This document shows positions 50,330-60,005 of a DNA stretch of 60,005 nucleotides, piece by piece. Within the stretch, counting starts at the first letter, position 1. Every line of letters begins with the position of its first letter. This DNA comes from Oscillospiraceae bacterium (GTDB taxonomy: Bacteria > Bacillota > Clostridia > Oscillospirales > CAG-272). The stretch lies in the NCBI GenBank assembly GCA_015065065.1, contig SVQX01000006.1, forward strand, positions 1 to 60,005. Direction: 5' to 3'. Both the position numbers and the translations under genes were made by a program. The notes under the pieces were generated by a model. That model ran no database searches. It was not told where the DNA came from and was given only the letters and a program-made list of their open reading frames with translations.

Positions 50330-52840
50330 TCAATCCGTAATAACGACCGTATATTCGCCTGCGTGAAGCTCAAAGCAAAGTCTGGCGCCGTCGCGGTGAG
50401 CGCAAAGCTCGGTGGAGGTAACGACCTTGCCGTTGAGAGTCAGGCTGTCACCCTTGCAGATAAAGCGAGCCTCGGCAACCGTGCCGTCGGGAACGGTGAC
50501 GGTATACGTCGTTTTGCCGTCCTTGCGCGACCAGCCGCTCTTTATTGTGCCGTAGTCGCACTTGTACTCGGCGGCGGCGGAGTTGATGTTCTTCTGTCCG
50601 CCTATCAGCTTGTCCTCTGTACGCATATCGGGACAGGGGGCGATAATAAAGCGGGAGAATGCGGGGTTATTTTCGTCGGGCAGGATTCCGCACATGCCCG
50701 AATAGAACCACTCTGCTACCGCGCCGTAGGCGTAGTGGTTAAAGGAGTTCATCTCCACCTTGCCGAAGCCGTCTGCTATGGTGTAGGAATTCCAACGCTC
50801 CCATATAGTCGTCGCGCCCTGCTTGACGGAGTACAGCCAAGAGGGATTCTCGGTCTGCAGGAGCAGGTCGTAGCAAAGGTGGGTAAGTCCCACGCGGGAA
50901 AGCACGCGGCAGAGTATCGCAGTCCCAAGGAAGCCGGTGGAAAGACGATAGCCGTTTTCGATTATCTTTTCCTCAAGTCGCTTTGCCGCAGCGGGGATTT
51001 CGTCAGGCTCAAGCAGGTCAAAGTCGATAGCCATAAGGTAAGCCGCCTGCGTGTCGTATATTGGCAATCCGTCCTTGAAATAGGTATCTCTGAAATAAGC
51101 GAGCGCCTCGCCCGTGCGGTTTCGGTAATATTCTGCGCGCTCTGACCTTCCGAGAATACGGCAGAATTTTTCCATCAGTCGCAGGTCGTTGACGTAATAA
51201 GCGGTCGCAACGTAGCGGTTGTCGGTGTAATCGTAAGCCAGCCAGTCGCCGTAGCATGCCTTCGCGCCCTTGATGCCGAAATTTCGCTCAATGTAATCCA
51301 TGTAAAGCTCCATGGACTCAAAATGCTCCTCAATAAGGCTCTTGTCCTTGTACATCACCCACATTCTGTAAGGCACGATAAGTCCGGCGTCCGCCCAAGC
51401 GGAGTTGCCGCTGTTGACAGGCTTTGCAAACATTCGGGGAGCAACGTCGCAGTAAGCGCCGTCGTTGTCTATCTGCGTATCGCGCATATCACCCAGCCAC
51501 TTGCGCATAAATTCGCGCACGTTTGCAAGGTAGGAAGCCGCGCCGATAAATACCTGCGTGTCACCCGTCCAACCAAAGCGCTCGTCGCGCTGAGGGCAGT
51601 CGGTGGGTGCGGAAAAATAGTTTCCGCGCATACCCCAAAGCACGTTGGAGTAAAGCTGATTTATGTCCTCGTGGTCGCAGACGAAATTGCCCACCCAATC
51701 AAGCTGTGAGCCAATGACCTCACCGCAGACGGACAGAATATCCACGTCGCCGTCGGCTTCTATTTCAAGATATCTGAAGCCGTAGAATGCATGAGTGGGG
51801 AAATATACCTCCTCGCCATCGCCGCTTGCGATATACACTATTCTCGCAAGAGCCGAGCGGTAGTTGCTCATATAAAGGCTGCCCTCCGCGCTGTCGTTGC
51901 CTGCCGACGCCTTGCCGTTGTCGTTGAGCATTTCAGCCACGCAAGCGTGGATGCGAGTGCCGCGTGCCGCGCGAAGCTTTATTGCGGGACGTCCGACCAT
52001 GTTCTGTCCCATGTCGTAAATAACCGACTGACCCGCCGAAAGAGTCTGCACGTCACAGCCGTTGCCCTCGGCGGAGCGAATGACGTTTACCTTGCCGTAG
52101 TCGGTGCCATTGTCCACTGTGCCGTCAATTACCCGTGCGGTTAAAGGCTTTCTTGACAGCGACTCATTCGTGCGGATGGAAGGGCCTACGCGGTCAACAA
52201 CCTGTCCCGCAAAGCCGTCGTAAAGAGAAGCGCTTATCCACTCGTGCGCATTTGGATTTTTAGATGCGTGGGGAATACGGGCGTCGTAATACTCGCCGTC
52301 CCAAAGGTCGGCGCGAAGCACAGGACCGCATATAGCCGCTTGCCAATCCTCCCCCGTTATTATGCGCTCCTCGCCGTCCTCGTATGTAAGGATTATTTCA
52401 GCAGAAAGGGCGCAGGGAGGATAATCGTAAAATCCATAGGATATTCTGCCGCAGCACCAGCCGGGCGATACCTCTGCGACGAAAAGGTTGTCCTCGCGCA
52501 CAAGAGAGGTGATATCGTATTGGTCAGCAAAGGCGCGGCTACGCGGGTCGGTCCAACCGGGCTTGTATTCGTCATAAATTTTCTCGCCGTCAACCACCTC
52601 TGCAAAAACGCGCTCCCCGTTTACGAAAAGGTCGTAAACGCCGATAGCGGTCGCGCGGACGGTTGCCCTTTTGAGATTTTTTCCTATTTTAAATTCCCTT
52701 TTCAGAGTGAGCAGACCGCCAAACGGTTCGAGGCTCAGCTCCTTGCAGTTGTACTTTCCAAAGGCGTAGCCATGGTCGCCCCAAGGGGTGGGGAAGCGCA
52801 CGGTTGCATAATCGCGGTGAGTGATAAAATGCTTGTTCAT
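50330..52840 (-). CDS. Alpha-L-rhamnosidase-like glycoside hydrolase (GH78)
   Basis: YDMGQNMVG, FYGFRY, PTDCPQRDERFGWTGD, GATTIWERW, MNSFNHYAYG. Confidence 0.92.
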   Translation of the reverse strand: MNKHFITHRDYATVRFPTPWGDHGYAFGKYNCKELSLEPFGGLLTLKREFKIGKNLKRATVRATAIGVYDLFVNGERVFAEVVDGEKIYDEYKPGWTDPRSRAFADQYDITSLVREDNLFVAEVSPGWCCGRISYGFYDYPPCALSAEIILTYEDGEERIITGEDWQAAICGPVLRADLWDGEYYDARIPHASKNPNAHEWISASLYDGFAGQVVDRVGPSIRTNESLSRKPLTARVIDGTVDNGTDYGKVNVIRSAEGNGCDVQTLSAGQSVIYDMGQNMVGRPAIKLRAARGTRIHACVAEMLNDNGKASAGNDSAEGSLYMSNYRSALARIVYIASGDGEEVYFPTHAFYGFRYLEIEADGDVDILSVCGEVIGSQLDWVGNFVCDHEDINQLYSNVLWGMRGNYFSAPTDCPQRDERFGWTGDTQVFIGAASYLANVREFMRKWLGDMRDTQIDNDGAYCDVAPRMFAKPVNSGNSAWADAGLIVPYRMWVMYKDKSLIEEHFESMELYMDYIERNFGIKGAKACYGDWLAYDYTDNRYVATAYYVNDLRLMEKFCRILGRSERAEYYRNRTGEALAYFRDTYFKDGLPIYDTQAAYLMAIDFDLLEPDEIPAAAKRLEEKIIENGYRLSTGFLGTAILCRVLSRVGLTHLCYDLLLQTENPSWLYSVKQGATTIWERWNSYTIADGFGKVEMNSFNHYAYGAVAEWFYSGMCGILPDENNPAFSRFIIAPCPDMRTEDKLIGGQKNINSAAAEYKCDYGTIKSGWSRKDGKTTYTVTVPDGTVAEARFICKGDSLTLNGKVVTSTELCAHRDGARLCFELHAGEYTVVITD

Positions 52841-52856
52841 GTTTGCTCCTTGGATT

Positions 52857-54016
52857 TTAGAAATTCAAGACCTCCGCGGAAAGGAGAGCGATCTCGCGCC
52901 TTCCGTTATGGGTGGTGTCAAAGCTGATATATTTGTTGTCGAAAACGTATCTCGCGTGAAGGTCACAGCGAATGTCGTTGGTGATCGGAACGTCGGTCTT
53001 GGCGCGCAGCAATTCCTTTTCCGCTCCCGTTTTTACGTTATACGCCATAAGATAGCGGTATCTGTTCTTGGGGTAGCCGTCGCCGATAATGTAATGACCG
53101 TCGGGTAAAACGTTGCAGTGAATATCGGGGTTGCCCGGCAGATCAAAATAGGGCATGTAATAGTTTTCCGCCGAGCCGTCGCGGACGTCGATATTGAACA
53201 TAGAGGTCACGCCGCCCACGGTACAGTGAGCAACGATGTGGTGGCTGTCCACCCAGCAGTAGTGGGAAACGTAGGTGTTGGGAAGCACAGTGCGAGCATT
53301 GCCCTCAAGGTCGCAAACCACCATTGACGTAGTCCACCAGACGCCCTCACCCGTGGAAAAATTACGGACGAGCATAACGAACAGGTCGGAGGTGGTGTTA
53401 AAGGTGATATGATTTACAAGAACCTTGTCGCCGTCAAATCCGGACAATGGCGCAAGAGTGTCGTAGAAAAGTATCTGCTTTGAACTTCCGCTTTCCATAT
53501 CCACAAGGAAAACTCCGTCCTCGTGAGGAGCTTTATCGTTTGCGAATTCGTCCTTCCAGCCGGCATAGCCGTAGCCCGGGCGGAAATCGTAGATGCGTCC
53601 GAAGTTTACGCCAAGTCCCCATTTACCGTCGGGGAGATGCATGCGGTGGCGCGGTCGGCGTATTTCTTTTCGCCCGTCGCAAAATTGTGGGTAAGGGTCA
53701 TGAATTTACCGTCCTCGTACACGTTGTAGATAACGGTGTCGGGGATGTACGGATGAAATTGGAGCATGGCACCCTGCTGGAAATTCCATGCTGTGGTTTC
53801 CCCGATCTTGAAGAACTGCCCGTTCTCAACGTAGCCGACCTCGCAAATATCCTCCGCCACGGGAAGGCGGTCCATAAAGGGTACACGGTGGCAAAGATGT
53901 CTGCCCGTTTTGCCGTCGGTGGCGCGCATATCGTAGTAGCCGAAAAAGTAGTGATATCCGTCGTCGGGGGTAATTATCTGTACCTCACAAGCGGTATTAT
54001 TTATAAGGTTGTCCAT
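52857..54016 (-). pseudogene. Hypothetical beta-propeller-like protein split by a single-base frameshift at the G4 run 53631-53634
   Basis: Adding one C on the minus strand joins ...ATACISP to DGKWGLGVNFGRIY..., giving about 386 aa; motifs HYFFGYYD, AWNFQQGAML, RCDLH. Confidence 0.7.
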
Positions 54017-54140
54017 AATAAGCTCCTTTTTAAAAGTGATATGTATTCTGTTTAAAGTATTATACCATTTTTATCCTTGCATGTCAATACGGAATTGAAG
54101 GTGACGGTATAACATTTTCGGTTGAAGGTTAAAATTGAAA

Positions 54141-54291
54141 GCGGGAGGACGATATCCCCCTACAGACGAATTCTTGGCCGCAGGGGAGGATGCCGTCCTC
54201 CCGAATATTGCAAAAATAATTTTATCAAATTTCTTTGGCGACAATCCTTTTTTACAAAAAGGCTTGTCGGGTGCGAGAGCGAGGTCCCGCA
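54141..54291. repeat. Degenerate REP doublet plus the shared tail module
   Basis: gcgggaggacgatatccccctac / gcaggggaggatgccgtcctcccg resemble 39450-39512; aatttctttggcgacaatccttttt-ac-aaaaaggcttgtcggg resembles the tail at 28890-28951. Confidence 0.6.
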
Positions 54292-54297
54292 TGTGAC

Positions 54298-55704
54298 TTA
54301 CTCCTTGCCGTTCCAGCAATAGGTACAGAGGCAATCTGGATCGACACCGGTAGCCTTCAGCATATCGTCGAGGCGATGATAGCGGAGAGAGGTGAAGTGC
54401 AGCTCGCGGCGGATCTCCTCCACCATGCGAGCGTATTTTTCACTATCGGGGTCGAGGTACTGTTCTATCAGCTCATCGTCGGGCTCTCTGCCCTCAAGCC
54501 GCATAATGACACGGTGAGTGATAAGCTCCATTTTAGCGGTGGAGCGGGAGAAGCCGAGGTATTTACAGCTATACATCAACGGGGGGCAGCCTATGCGGAT
54601 ATGTACCTCGTCGGCACCGCTTTCGTACAGAAATTCGGTTGTTTCGCGGAGCTGTGTGCCGCGCACGATAGAGTCGTCGATAAGCAGCAGTCGCTTGCCG
54701 TCGATAAGATCGTGAATGGGAATAAGCTTCATCTTGGCGATAAGATCACGCTTTGATTGTGTAGGCGGCATAAACGAGCGAGGCCAGGTGGGCGTGTATT
54801 TTACAAACGGACGAGCGTAGGGAATGCCCGACTGGTTTGCGTATCCTATGGCGTGAGCAACACCCGAATCGGGAATACCCGCAACGATATCCGGCTTTGC
54901 GTTGTCGCGCATGGCGAGCAGTCTGCCGCAGTTGTAGCGCGCCTGCTCAACGCTGTGACCCTCATAGCTTGAGGAGGGGTAGCCGTAGTATATCCAGAGG
55001 AAGGTACACATCTTCATTTTTTTGCCGGGATCGACAAGCGTTTTTACACCGTCGGCGGTGACGACGACGATCTCTCCGGGGCCCAGCTCCTTGAAGTCCT
55101 TGTATCCGAGGTTGAGGTAAGCAAAGCTTTCAAAGCTGACGCAATAGCCGTCCGACTTTTCGCCTATCTGTACAGGCGTTCTGCCTAGCCTATCGCGGGC
55201 GGCGTAAATACCCTTGGGAGTCAGCACAAGCATAGTCAGCGAGCCGTCGATGACCTCCTGAGCGTAGCGTATGCCGTCAATGAAATTTTTCTTTTGATTT
55301 ATAAGCGATGCCACAAGCTCGGTGGGGTTGATGTCGCCGTTTTGCATTTCAAAAAAATGCGCCTTGTCGCGGATGATGCCGTTTACCAGCTCCTCGGCGT
55401 TGTTTATCTTGCCTACGGTAGTAATGGCAAACGTGCCGTGGTGCGAGCGCACGAGAATAGGCTGCGCCTGAAAATCCGAGATACAGCCAATGCCTGTATT
55501 GCCCTTTAGCGCTCCGAATTCGGACGTGAATTTGGTACGGAAGGGCGCGTTTTCAATGTTGTGAATAGCCTTTGAAAAGCCGTCCTGCGCGTCGTAGACC
55601 GCAAGACCTGCGCGGCGAGTTCCGAGATGTGAGTGATAGTCAGTTCCGTAAAAAAGGTCAAATACGCAATCCTCCTTGGAGGCGACGCCAAAAAAACCGC
55701 TCAT
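54298..55704 (-). CDS. purF: Amidophosphoribosyltransferase-like protein lacking the N-terminal catalytic Cys
   Basis: LLIDDSIVRGT PRPP loop, GIPDSG, RDRLGRTP, Fe-S-type Cys (CTF, CKY, CTYC); begins MSGFFG. Confidence 0.88.
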   Translation of the reverse strand: MSGFFGVASKEDCVFDLFYGTDYHSHLGTRRAGLAVYDAQDGFSKAIHNIENAPFRTKFTSEFGALKGNTGIGCISDFQAQPILVRSHHGTFAITTVGKINNAEELVNGIIRDKAHFFEMQNGDINPTELVASLINQKKNFIDGIRYAQEVIDGSLTMLVLTPKGIYAARDRLGRTPVQIGEKSDGYCVSFESFAYLNLGYKDFKELGPGEIVVVTADGVKTLVDPGKKMKMCTFLWIYYGYPSSSYEGHSVEQARYNCGRLLAMRDNAKPDIVAGIPDSGVAHAIGYANQSGIPYARPFVKYTPTWPRSFMPPTQSKRDLIAKMKLIPIHDLIDGKRLLLIDDSIVRGTQLRETTEFLYESGADEVHIRIGCPPLMYSCKYLGFSRSTAKMELITHRVIMRLEGREPDDELIEQYLDPDSEKYARMVEEIRRELHFTSLRYHRLDDMLKATGVDPDCLCTYCWNGKE

Positions 55705-55736
55705 GGAAAATCTCCTTTATCTCTTGGAATGGAACA

Positions 55737-55765
55737 ATTATACCACAAAATTCGCCTCTTTTCAA
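55737..55765 (-). promoter_or_regulatory. sigma-A promoter of purF (short leader)
   Basis: Minus strand TTGAAA, 17 bp spacer, TG-G-TATAAT. Confidence 0.75.
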
Positions 55766-56051
55766 GTGGTTTTTGGGGGGTTGAAAAAATCTTGTTGAAA
55801 ATGCACGGCGCATATTCACCACGGAAAAATATTTTGAAAAATTAATCAAAAATTACCACGTTTACAGCGCCGCGAGCGGCTCATAATAAGAGCAGAGTCG
55901 AAAGCCACGGCGAGCTAAACGTCCGGCGTCGGCTCTCAGTGCCGACTCGGATCGTTTTGCCGAGGCACTGTATAAAGGTAAAAAAGATTGCCGATAGCCC
56001 GAGGCACACCATATCACGGTATGCGGCGGGTAGGCGCAAATCACGAAAGGT

Positions 56052-56372
56052 ATGGTCATACGAATGAAGAGAACCGATAGAAGCATAAGACTTATTATTG
56101 GTGCTGCGGCTATGTCGGCATTGTTGCTGTGCGCTGTATCGTGTACGAAAAAGAACGGACAGGAAACGGGAACTACGGCGGGCGCGGTAACCACTGCGCC
56201 GGATACTACCGTCGTAACAACCACGACGCCCACGACCACCGCACCGAACACCACCGAAACCACAACTGCACCTTCCGGCTCGGACACTAACGGCACGGAC
56301 AGCTCCGTGACCGGCACTACCGAGGGAACAACTCCCGCGGACAGTATTACGAGAGGACGCTTCATGAGATAA
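56052..56372 (+). CDS. Small Thr-rich predicted lipoprotein
   Basis: Basic N-terminus, hydrophobic core, AVSC lipobox, then a Thr/Gly-rich low-complexity region; start may be 56064. Confidence 0.65.
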   Translation: MVIRMKRTDRSIRLIIGAAAMSALLLCAVSCTKKNGQETGTTAGAVTTAPDTTVVTTTTPTTTAPNTTETTTAPSGSDTNGTDSSVTGTTEGTTPADSITRGRFMR

Positions 56373-56624
56373 GCTTCGTGTAAGTCGCAAAATGCATGAC
56401 TGCGGACACGCAATTGCGGTTTGGCTCCCGCTGGGCGGCAGATAATGTCGCTTGGCGGGGGCTTTTCTTTGCGGGAGGGAATAGTTTTAATACAAAAAGA
56501 GCAATATTTGTCTTGCTTTTGCCCATTTTTGTCTTGCAAAAGTGAAAGGCTTGCTTTATAATTAAGCTGTGCGGGCAAGTAGCCCGTAGCAAACTTTTTC
56601 AAACTCGAAAGGAGAACTTTTATT

Positions 56625-57440
56625 ATGGCATTGTCGGTTGCGTTGCAGCTCTATACCGTCAGAGATGACGTAGCTGCTGATTTTGCAGGTACTCTTGCCA
56701 AGGTAAAGGCAATGGGATACGAGGGCGTTGAGTTCGCGGGACTTTTCGGACACAGCGCGGCAGAGGTAAAACAGATGTGCGAGGATGCCGGACTTGATCC
56801 CATCTCGGCTCACGTTCCTTACCGTGATATATTGAAGAATCCCCGCGGAGTTTTGTCCGCATACGCCGAGATCGGCTGCAAGTACGTAGCAATTCCTTAT
56901 CTCATTCCAGAGGACAGACCGGGCTCGGAAAATTTCAGCGAGGTTATCGAAAACGCAAAGCTTATCGGAAAGGTGGCACGTGAGCTTGGCATGACCCTGC
57001 TATACCATAATCACGACTTTGAATTTGATAAGATAGACGGGAGATATGCGCTGGAGGTGCTTTACGATACCGTCCCCGCAGATCTGCTCCAAACTGAGCT
57101 GGATACCTGCTGGGTAAACGTGGGAGGAGAAGATCCTGCGGCTTACGTGAGAAAATATACGGGCAGAGCGCCGGTGGTGCATCTCAAGGATTTTGTCGGA
57201 TCAAAAAACGAAAATATGTACGAGCTTATAGGAATCGAAAGCAAAAAGAAGGAAACCACCGTGCCCTTTGAATTTCGCCCCGTAGGCTACGGACGGCAGG
57301 ATATGCCTGCTATTATAAAGGCTGCTGAGAATGCAGGCGCTGCTTGGGTAGTGGTCGAGCAGGACAGACCTTCAATGGAGCTTACCCCCCTTGAGTGCGC
57401 CGCAAAGAGCCGCAAATATCTTGAATCTATCGGGCTTTGA
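56625..57440 (+). CDS. Sugar phosphate isomerase/epimerase (AP_endonuc_2 TIM barrel)
   Basis: LQLYTVRD, GVEFAG, YHNHDFEF, ELDTCW, VHLKD, VVEQD. Confidence 0.9.
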   Translation: MALSVALQLYTVRDDVAADFAGTLAKVKAMGYEGVEFAGLFGHSAAEVKQMCEDAGLDPISAHVPYRDILKNPRGVLSAYAEIGCKYVAIPYLIPEDRPGSENFSEVIENAKLIGKVARELGMTLLYHNHDFEFDKIDGRYALEVLYDTVPADLLQTELDTCWVNVGGEDPAAYVRKYTGRAPVVHLKDFVGSKNENMYELIGIESKKKETTVPFEFRPVGYGRQDMPAIIKAAENAGAAWVVVEQDRPSMELTPLECAAKSRKYLESIGL

Positions 57441-57468
57441 TCCGAGTAATTAAAAAAGGAGAACGAAC

Positions 57469-58638
57469 ATGGCACAGGAAAAAATGGATGCAGGTCTTGA
57501 CTATGAGGTCAAGGAGGAAAAGGTGATCGACGCCGCAAAGAAGCTCCGCATTGGCATTATCGGATGCGGCTGGATCGCAGAATCTCACATCAGATCCTAC
57601 AAGCGCATGCCCGACGTCGAGATAGTTGCAGGGTGCGACCTTATCCCCGGCAAGGCGCAAGCCTTCATGGAAAAGTTTGAAATAGAGGGTGCAAAAACTG
57701 ATTATGCGTCACACAAGGAAATGCTTGATGACGAAAGCCTTGCTCTTGACGCGGTTTCCATTTGTACCTACAACCGTCAGCACGCGCTTCCCACCATTTA
57801 CGCGCTGAAAAAGGGAGTTCACGTAATGCTGGAAAAGCCGTTTACCGTAACTCTTGACGAGGCTATTGAGGTAATGAAGGCGGAGAAGGAGAGCGGAAAG
57901 ATTCTCTCCATCGGCTTCCAGCCTCGGCTTGATGCCAATATGCAGATGATAAAAAAGATAGTTGACTCGGGCGAGCTTGGCAAGATATACTATATCCAAA
58001 CAGGCGGCGGACGTCGCAGAGGCATCCCCACGCCCTTCGGCACTACCTTTATTGAGGATAAGACCGCGGGACTCGGCGCGCTTGCCGATATCGGATGCTA
58101 CTCGCTCGATATGGTGCTGAACGCTATCGGTTATCCGAAGCCCCTCACCGTAACGGGATATAAAAGCAATTTCTTTGGTAAGGATCCCGATACCTATCCC
58201 AATCATCCCGAATACGCGGAGCTGTTCGGCGTTGACGATTTCGCCGCGGCGTTCATTCGTCTGGAGGGAGGCATTGTTCTTGACTTCCGTATCGCGTGGG
58301 CAATGAATATCGACACCCCCGGTGACACGGTTATTCTCGGTACGAAGGGCGGCTTGCGTATTCCTTCCACCGAGTGCTGGAACGGCTCGGTCGGCGGACC
58401 TATGAAAATATATAAGACTATTGGCGGCATCAATATGGAAACGGAGGTTCCGCTTGCAAAGGCTGACGGTGTTTCTCTCTTTGACAAAAAGATCCGCAGC
58501 TTCCTTGACGCAATCAAGAACAACGGCACCGCCCCCGTCCCCTCGTCGCAGATCGTATACAATCAAGCTATTCTTGACGGTATTGCAAAGAGCGCCGAGC
58601 TTGGACACGAGGTCGAAATACGAATTCCTACGGTTTGA
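57469..58638 (+). CDS. Gfo/Idh/MocA family NAD(P)-dependent oxidoreductase
   Basis: IGIIGCGWIA, LEKP, GELGKIYY, GALADIGCY. Confidence 0.92.
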   Translation: MAQEKMDAGLDYEVKEEKVIDAAKKLRIGIIGCGWIAESHIRSYKRMPDVEIVAGCDLIPGKAQAFMEKFEIEGAKTDYASHKEMLDDESLALDAVSICTYNRQHALPTIYALKKGVHVMLEKPFTVTLDEAIEVMKAEKESGKILSIGFQPRLDANMQMIKKIVDSGELGKIYYIQTGGGRRRGIPTPFGTTFIEDKTAGLGALADIGCYSLDMVLNAIGYPKPLTVTGYKSNFFGKDPDTYPNHPEYAELFGVDDFAAAFIRLEGGIVLDFRIAWAMNIDTPGDTVILGTKGGLRIPSTECWNGSVGGPMKIYKTIGGINMETEVPLAKADGVSLFDKKIRSFLDAIKNNGTAPVPSSQIVYNQAILDGIAKSAELGHEVEIRIPTV

Positions 58639-58659
58639 TTTCAGGCATAAAGCAAAGGT

Positions 58660-58690
58660 AGCAGGGGTGCTTCGGCGCTCCTGCTTTTTT
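58660..58690 (+). terminator. Rho-independent terminator
   Basis: agcaggggtgc-ttcg-gcgctcctgct followed by a T-run. Confidence 0.85.
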
Positions 58691-58846
58691 ACATTATATT
58701 ATAAACGCGAAAAATTGCGGCTTGTGCGCAAAAATACTTAATATATTTCTGCATTTTTGTTGAAAACAACCTTTGAAAAAAATGGGATTTTGTGATAGAA
58801 TATTACTATACTTGGGTAAATATCACCAAACGTAGGGAGGGACAAA

Positions 58847-59161
58847 ATGAAAGTATATCACGTGAGATTTGGAAAAGGCGTTGTTACGGCAAACGAGGGC
58901 GGAAAAATAACCGTGGCTTTTGAAGATCCTGAGGTGGGGGAAAAGCGTTTTGCATATCCCGATGCTTTCGAAGCCTTTTTGCGCTGTGAGGATGATGCGG
59001 AGCAGAAAAAGGCGATGAAGCTTTTGGAGGCAAAAAGATCCTTGCTTGCATTGGCACAGGCAAAGCGGCAGGAGGATGAGAACGCGCGTATACGCGAGCT
59101 TGCTGCCGCATCCGAAAAAAAGATAAAGAGAACCCCACGAGCCAAAAAGTCGAGCAGTTAA
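58847..59161 (+). CDS. Small hypothetical protein (V-x-H-x-x-F-G-x-G-x-V SH3/Tudor-like start, basic helical tail)
   Basis: RBS gggagg; KVYHVRFGKGVV...FAYPDAF. Confidence 0.75.
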   Translation: MKVYHVRFGKGVVTANEGGKITVAFEDPEVGEKRFAYPDAFEAFLRCEDDAEQKKAMKLLEAKRSLLALAQAKRQEDENARIRELAAASEKKIKRTPRAKKSSS

Positions 59162-59267
59162 GCCTCTGTGTGTATTGCACGAATGATTCCCTCAAAAATT
59201 GTAACAAATGACGAAAGAGGGGATAAAAAGATGTGCAAAAAATGTGAAGGATTTTTGGAAAAAGATG

Positions 59268-59397
59268 TTGACAAGGGAAGTGGAATGTGGTATAATAATC
59301 AAGCTGTCCGCTTGAGTGGCAGCGCAAAAGTTTTTTGAAAAAAGTCAAAAAAACTTTAAGAAAACCTATTGACAAGTTGAAGAGACTGTGGTATAAT
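59268..59397 (+). promoter_or_regulatory. Tandem rrn promoters P1 and P2
   Basis: TTGACA 59268 / TATAAT 59291 and TTGACA 59369 / TATAAT 59392, each with a 17 bp spacer; boxA-like gatcattgacaactgaa at 59444-59460. Confidence 0.9.
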
Positions 59398-59618
59398 AGG
59401 CGAGTCGCGCCGAGAGTGGGAGTCCTTGAGGCAAGCGGCGATCGATCATTGACAACTGAACAACAGGAGAAGAAGTACAAGCGAAAAAGCAAGTGCGAAA
59501 TCTCAAATTTCTTTGAAGAAAAGAAGCTTCTAAAATCAGAAGCATACTCGAAAAAAGTAAAAAGAGCCAAAAACAGCTCGACAAGGTTTCAACACCCTGA
59601 GGGGTGATGAGATATAAT

Positions 59619-60005
<387 letters not shown>

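Noticed and set aside
55893-55995. Partial likeness to a c-di-GMP-I riboswitch (aaagccacgg...ctaaa, gattgccga)
   Set aside because: No GGCAAA/GNRA first hairpin and spacing does not fit; no ZTP or PRPP riboswitch match on the purF strand either
56160-56345. ACC/ACG-rich quasi-repeats
   Set aside because: Explained by Thr codons of the low-complexity lipoprotein; not a DNA repeat array

Overview
Chromosomal core region of an anaerobic Clostridia-class Firmicute (Oscillospirales/Ruminococcaceae-like, judged from sigma-A promoters, riboswitch types and gene content; taxonomy is inference). It carries rpsL-rpsG-fusA-tuf, FMN riboswitch-ribU, metK, recD2-comF, an mreB paralog, preQ1 riboswitch-queT, an ABC exporter pair (second gene broken by one in-frame TAG), adenosine deaminase, an amidohydrolase, a DtxR-type regulator with rubrerythrin, a nitrilase-GDPD fusion, rpsT, rpoB-rpoC, yicC-remA-rpoZ-priA (no gmk), THF riboswitch-folT-folC, MATE, an HD protein, a GH78 cluster (one frameshifted gene, one internally duplicated lipoprotein), a PurF lacking its catalytic Cys, a sugar isomerase/oxidoreductase pair and the 5' end of a 16S rRNA gene. 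Several intergenic regions hold REP/MITE-like palindrome clusters. No CRISPR array, tRNA, transposase or prophage was seen. The best candidate for an undescribed system is 18.9-26.8 kb: a Leu-specifier T-box in front of a catalytically degenerate LeuA, a TIM-barrel/acyl-CoA-ligase fusion and a PFOR paralog with an altered substrate pocket. That gene set fits leucine synthesis by reductive carboxylation of isovalerate. All calls were made by eye, with no database searches.
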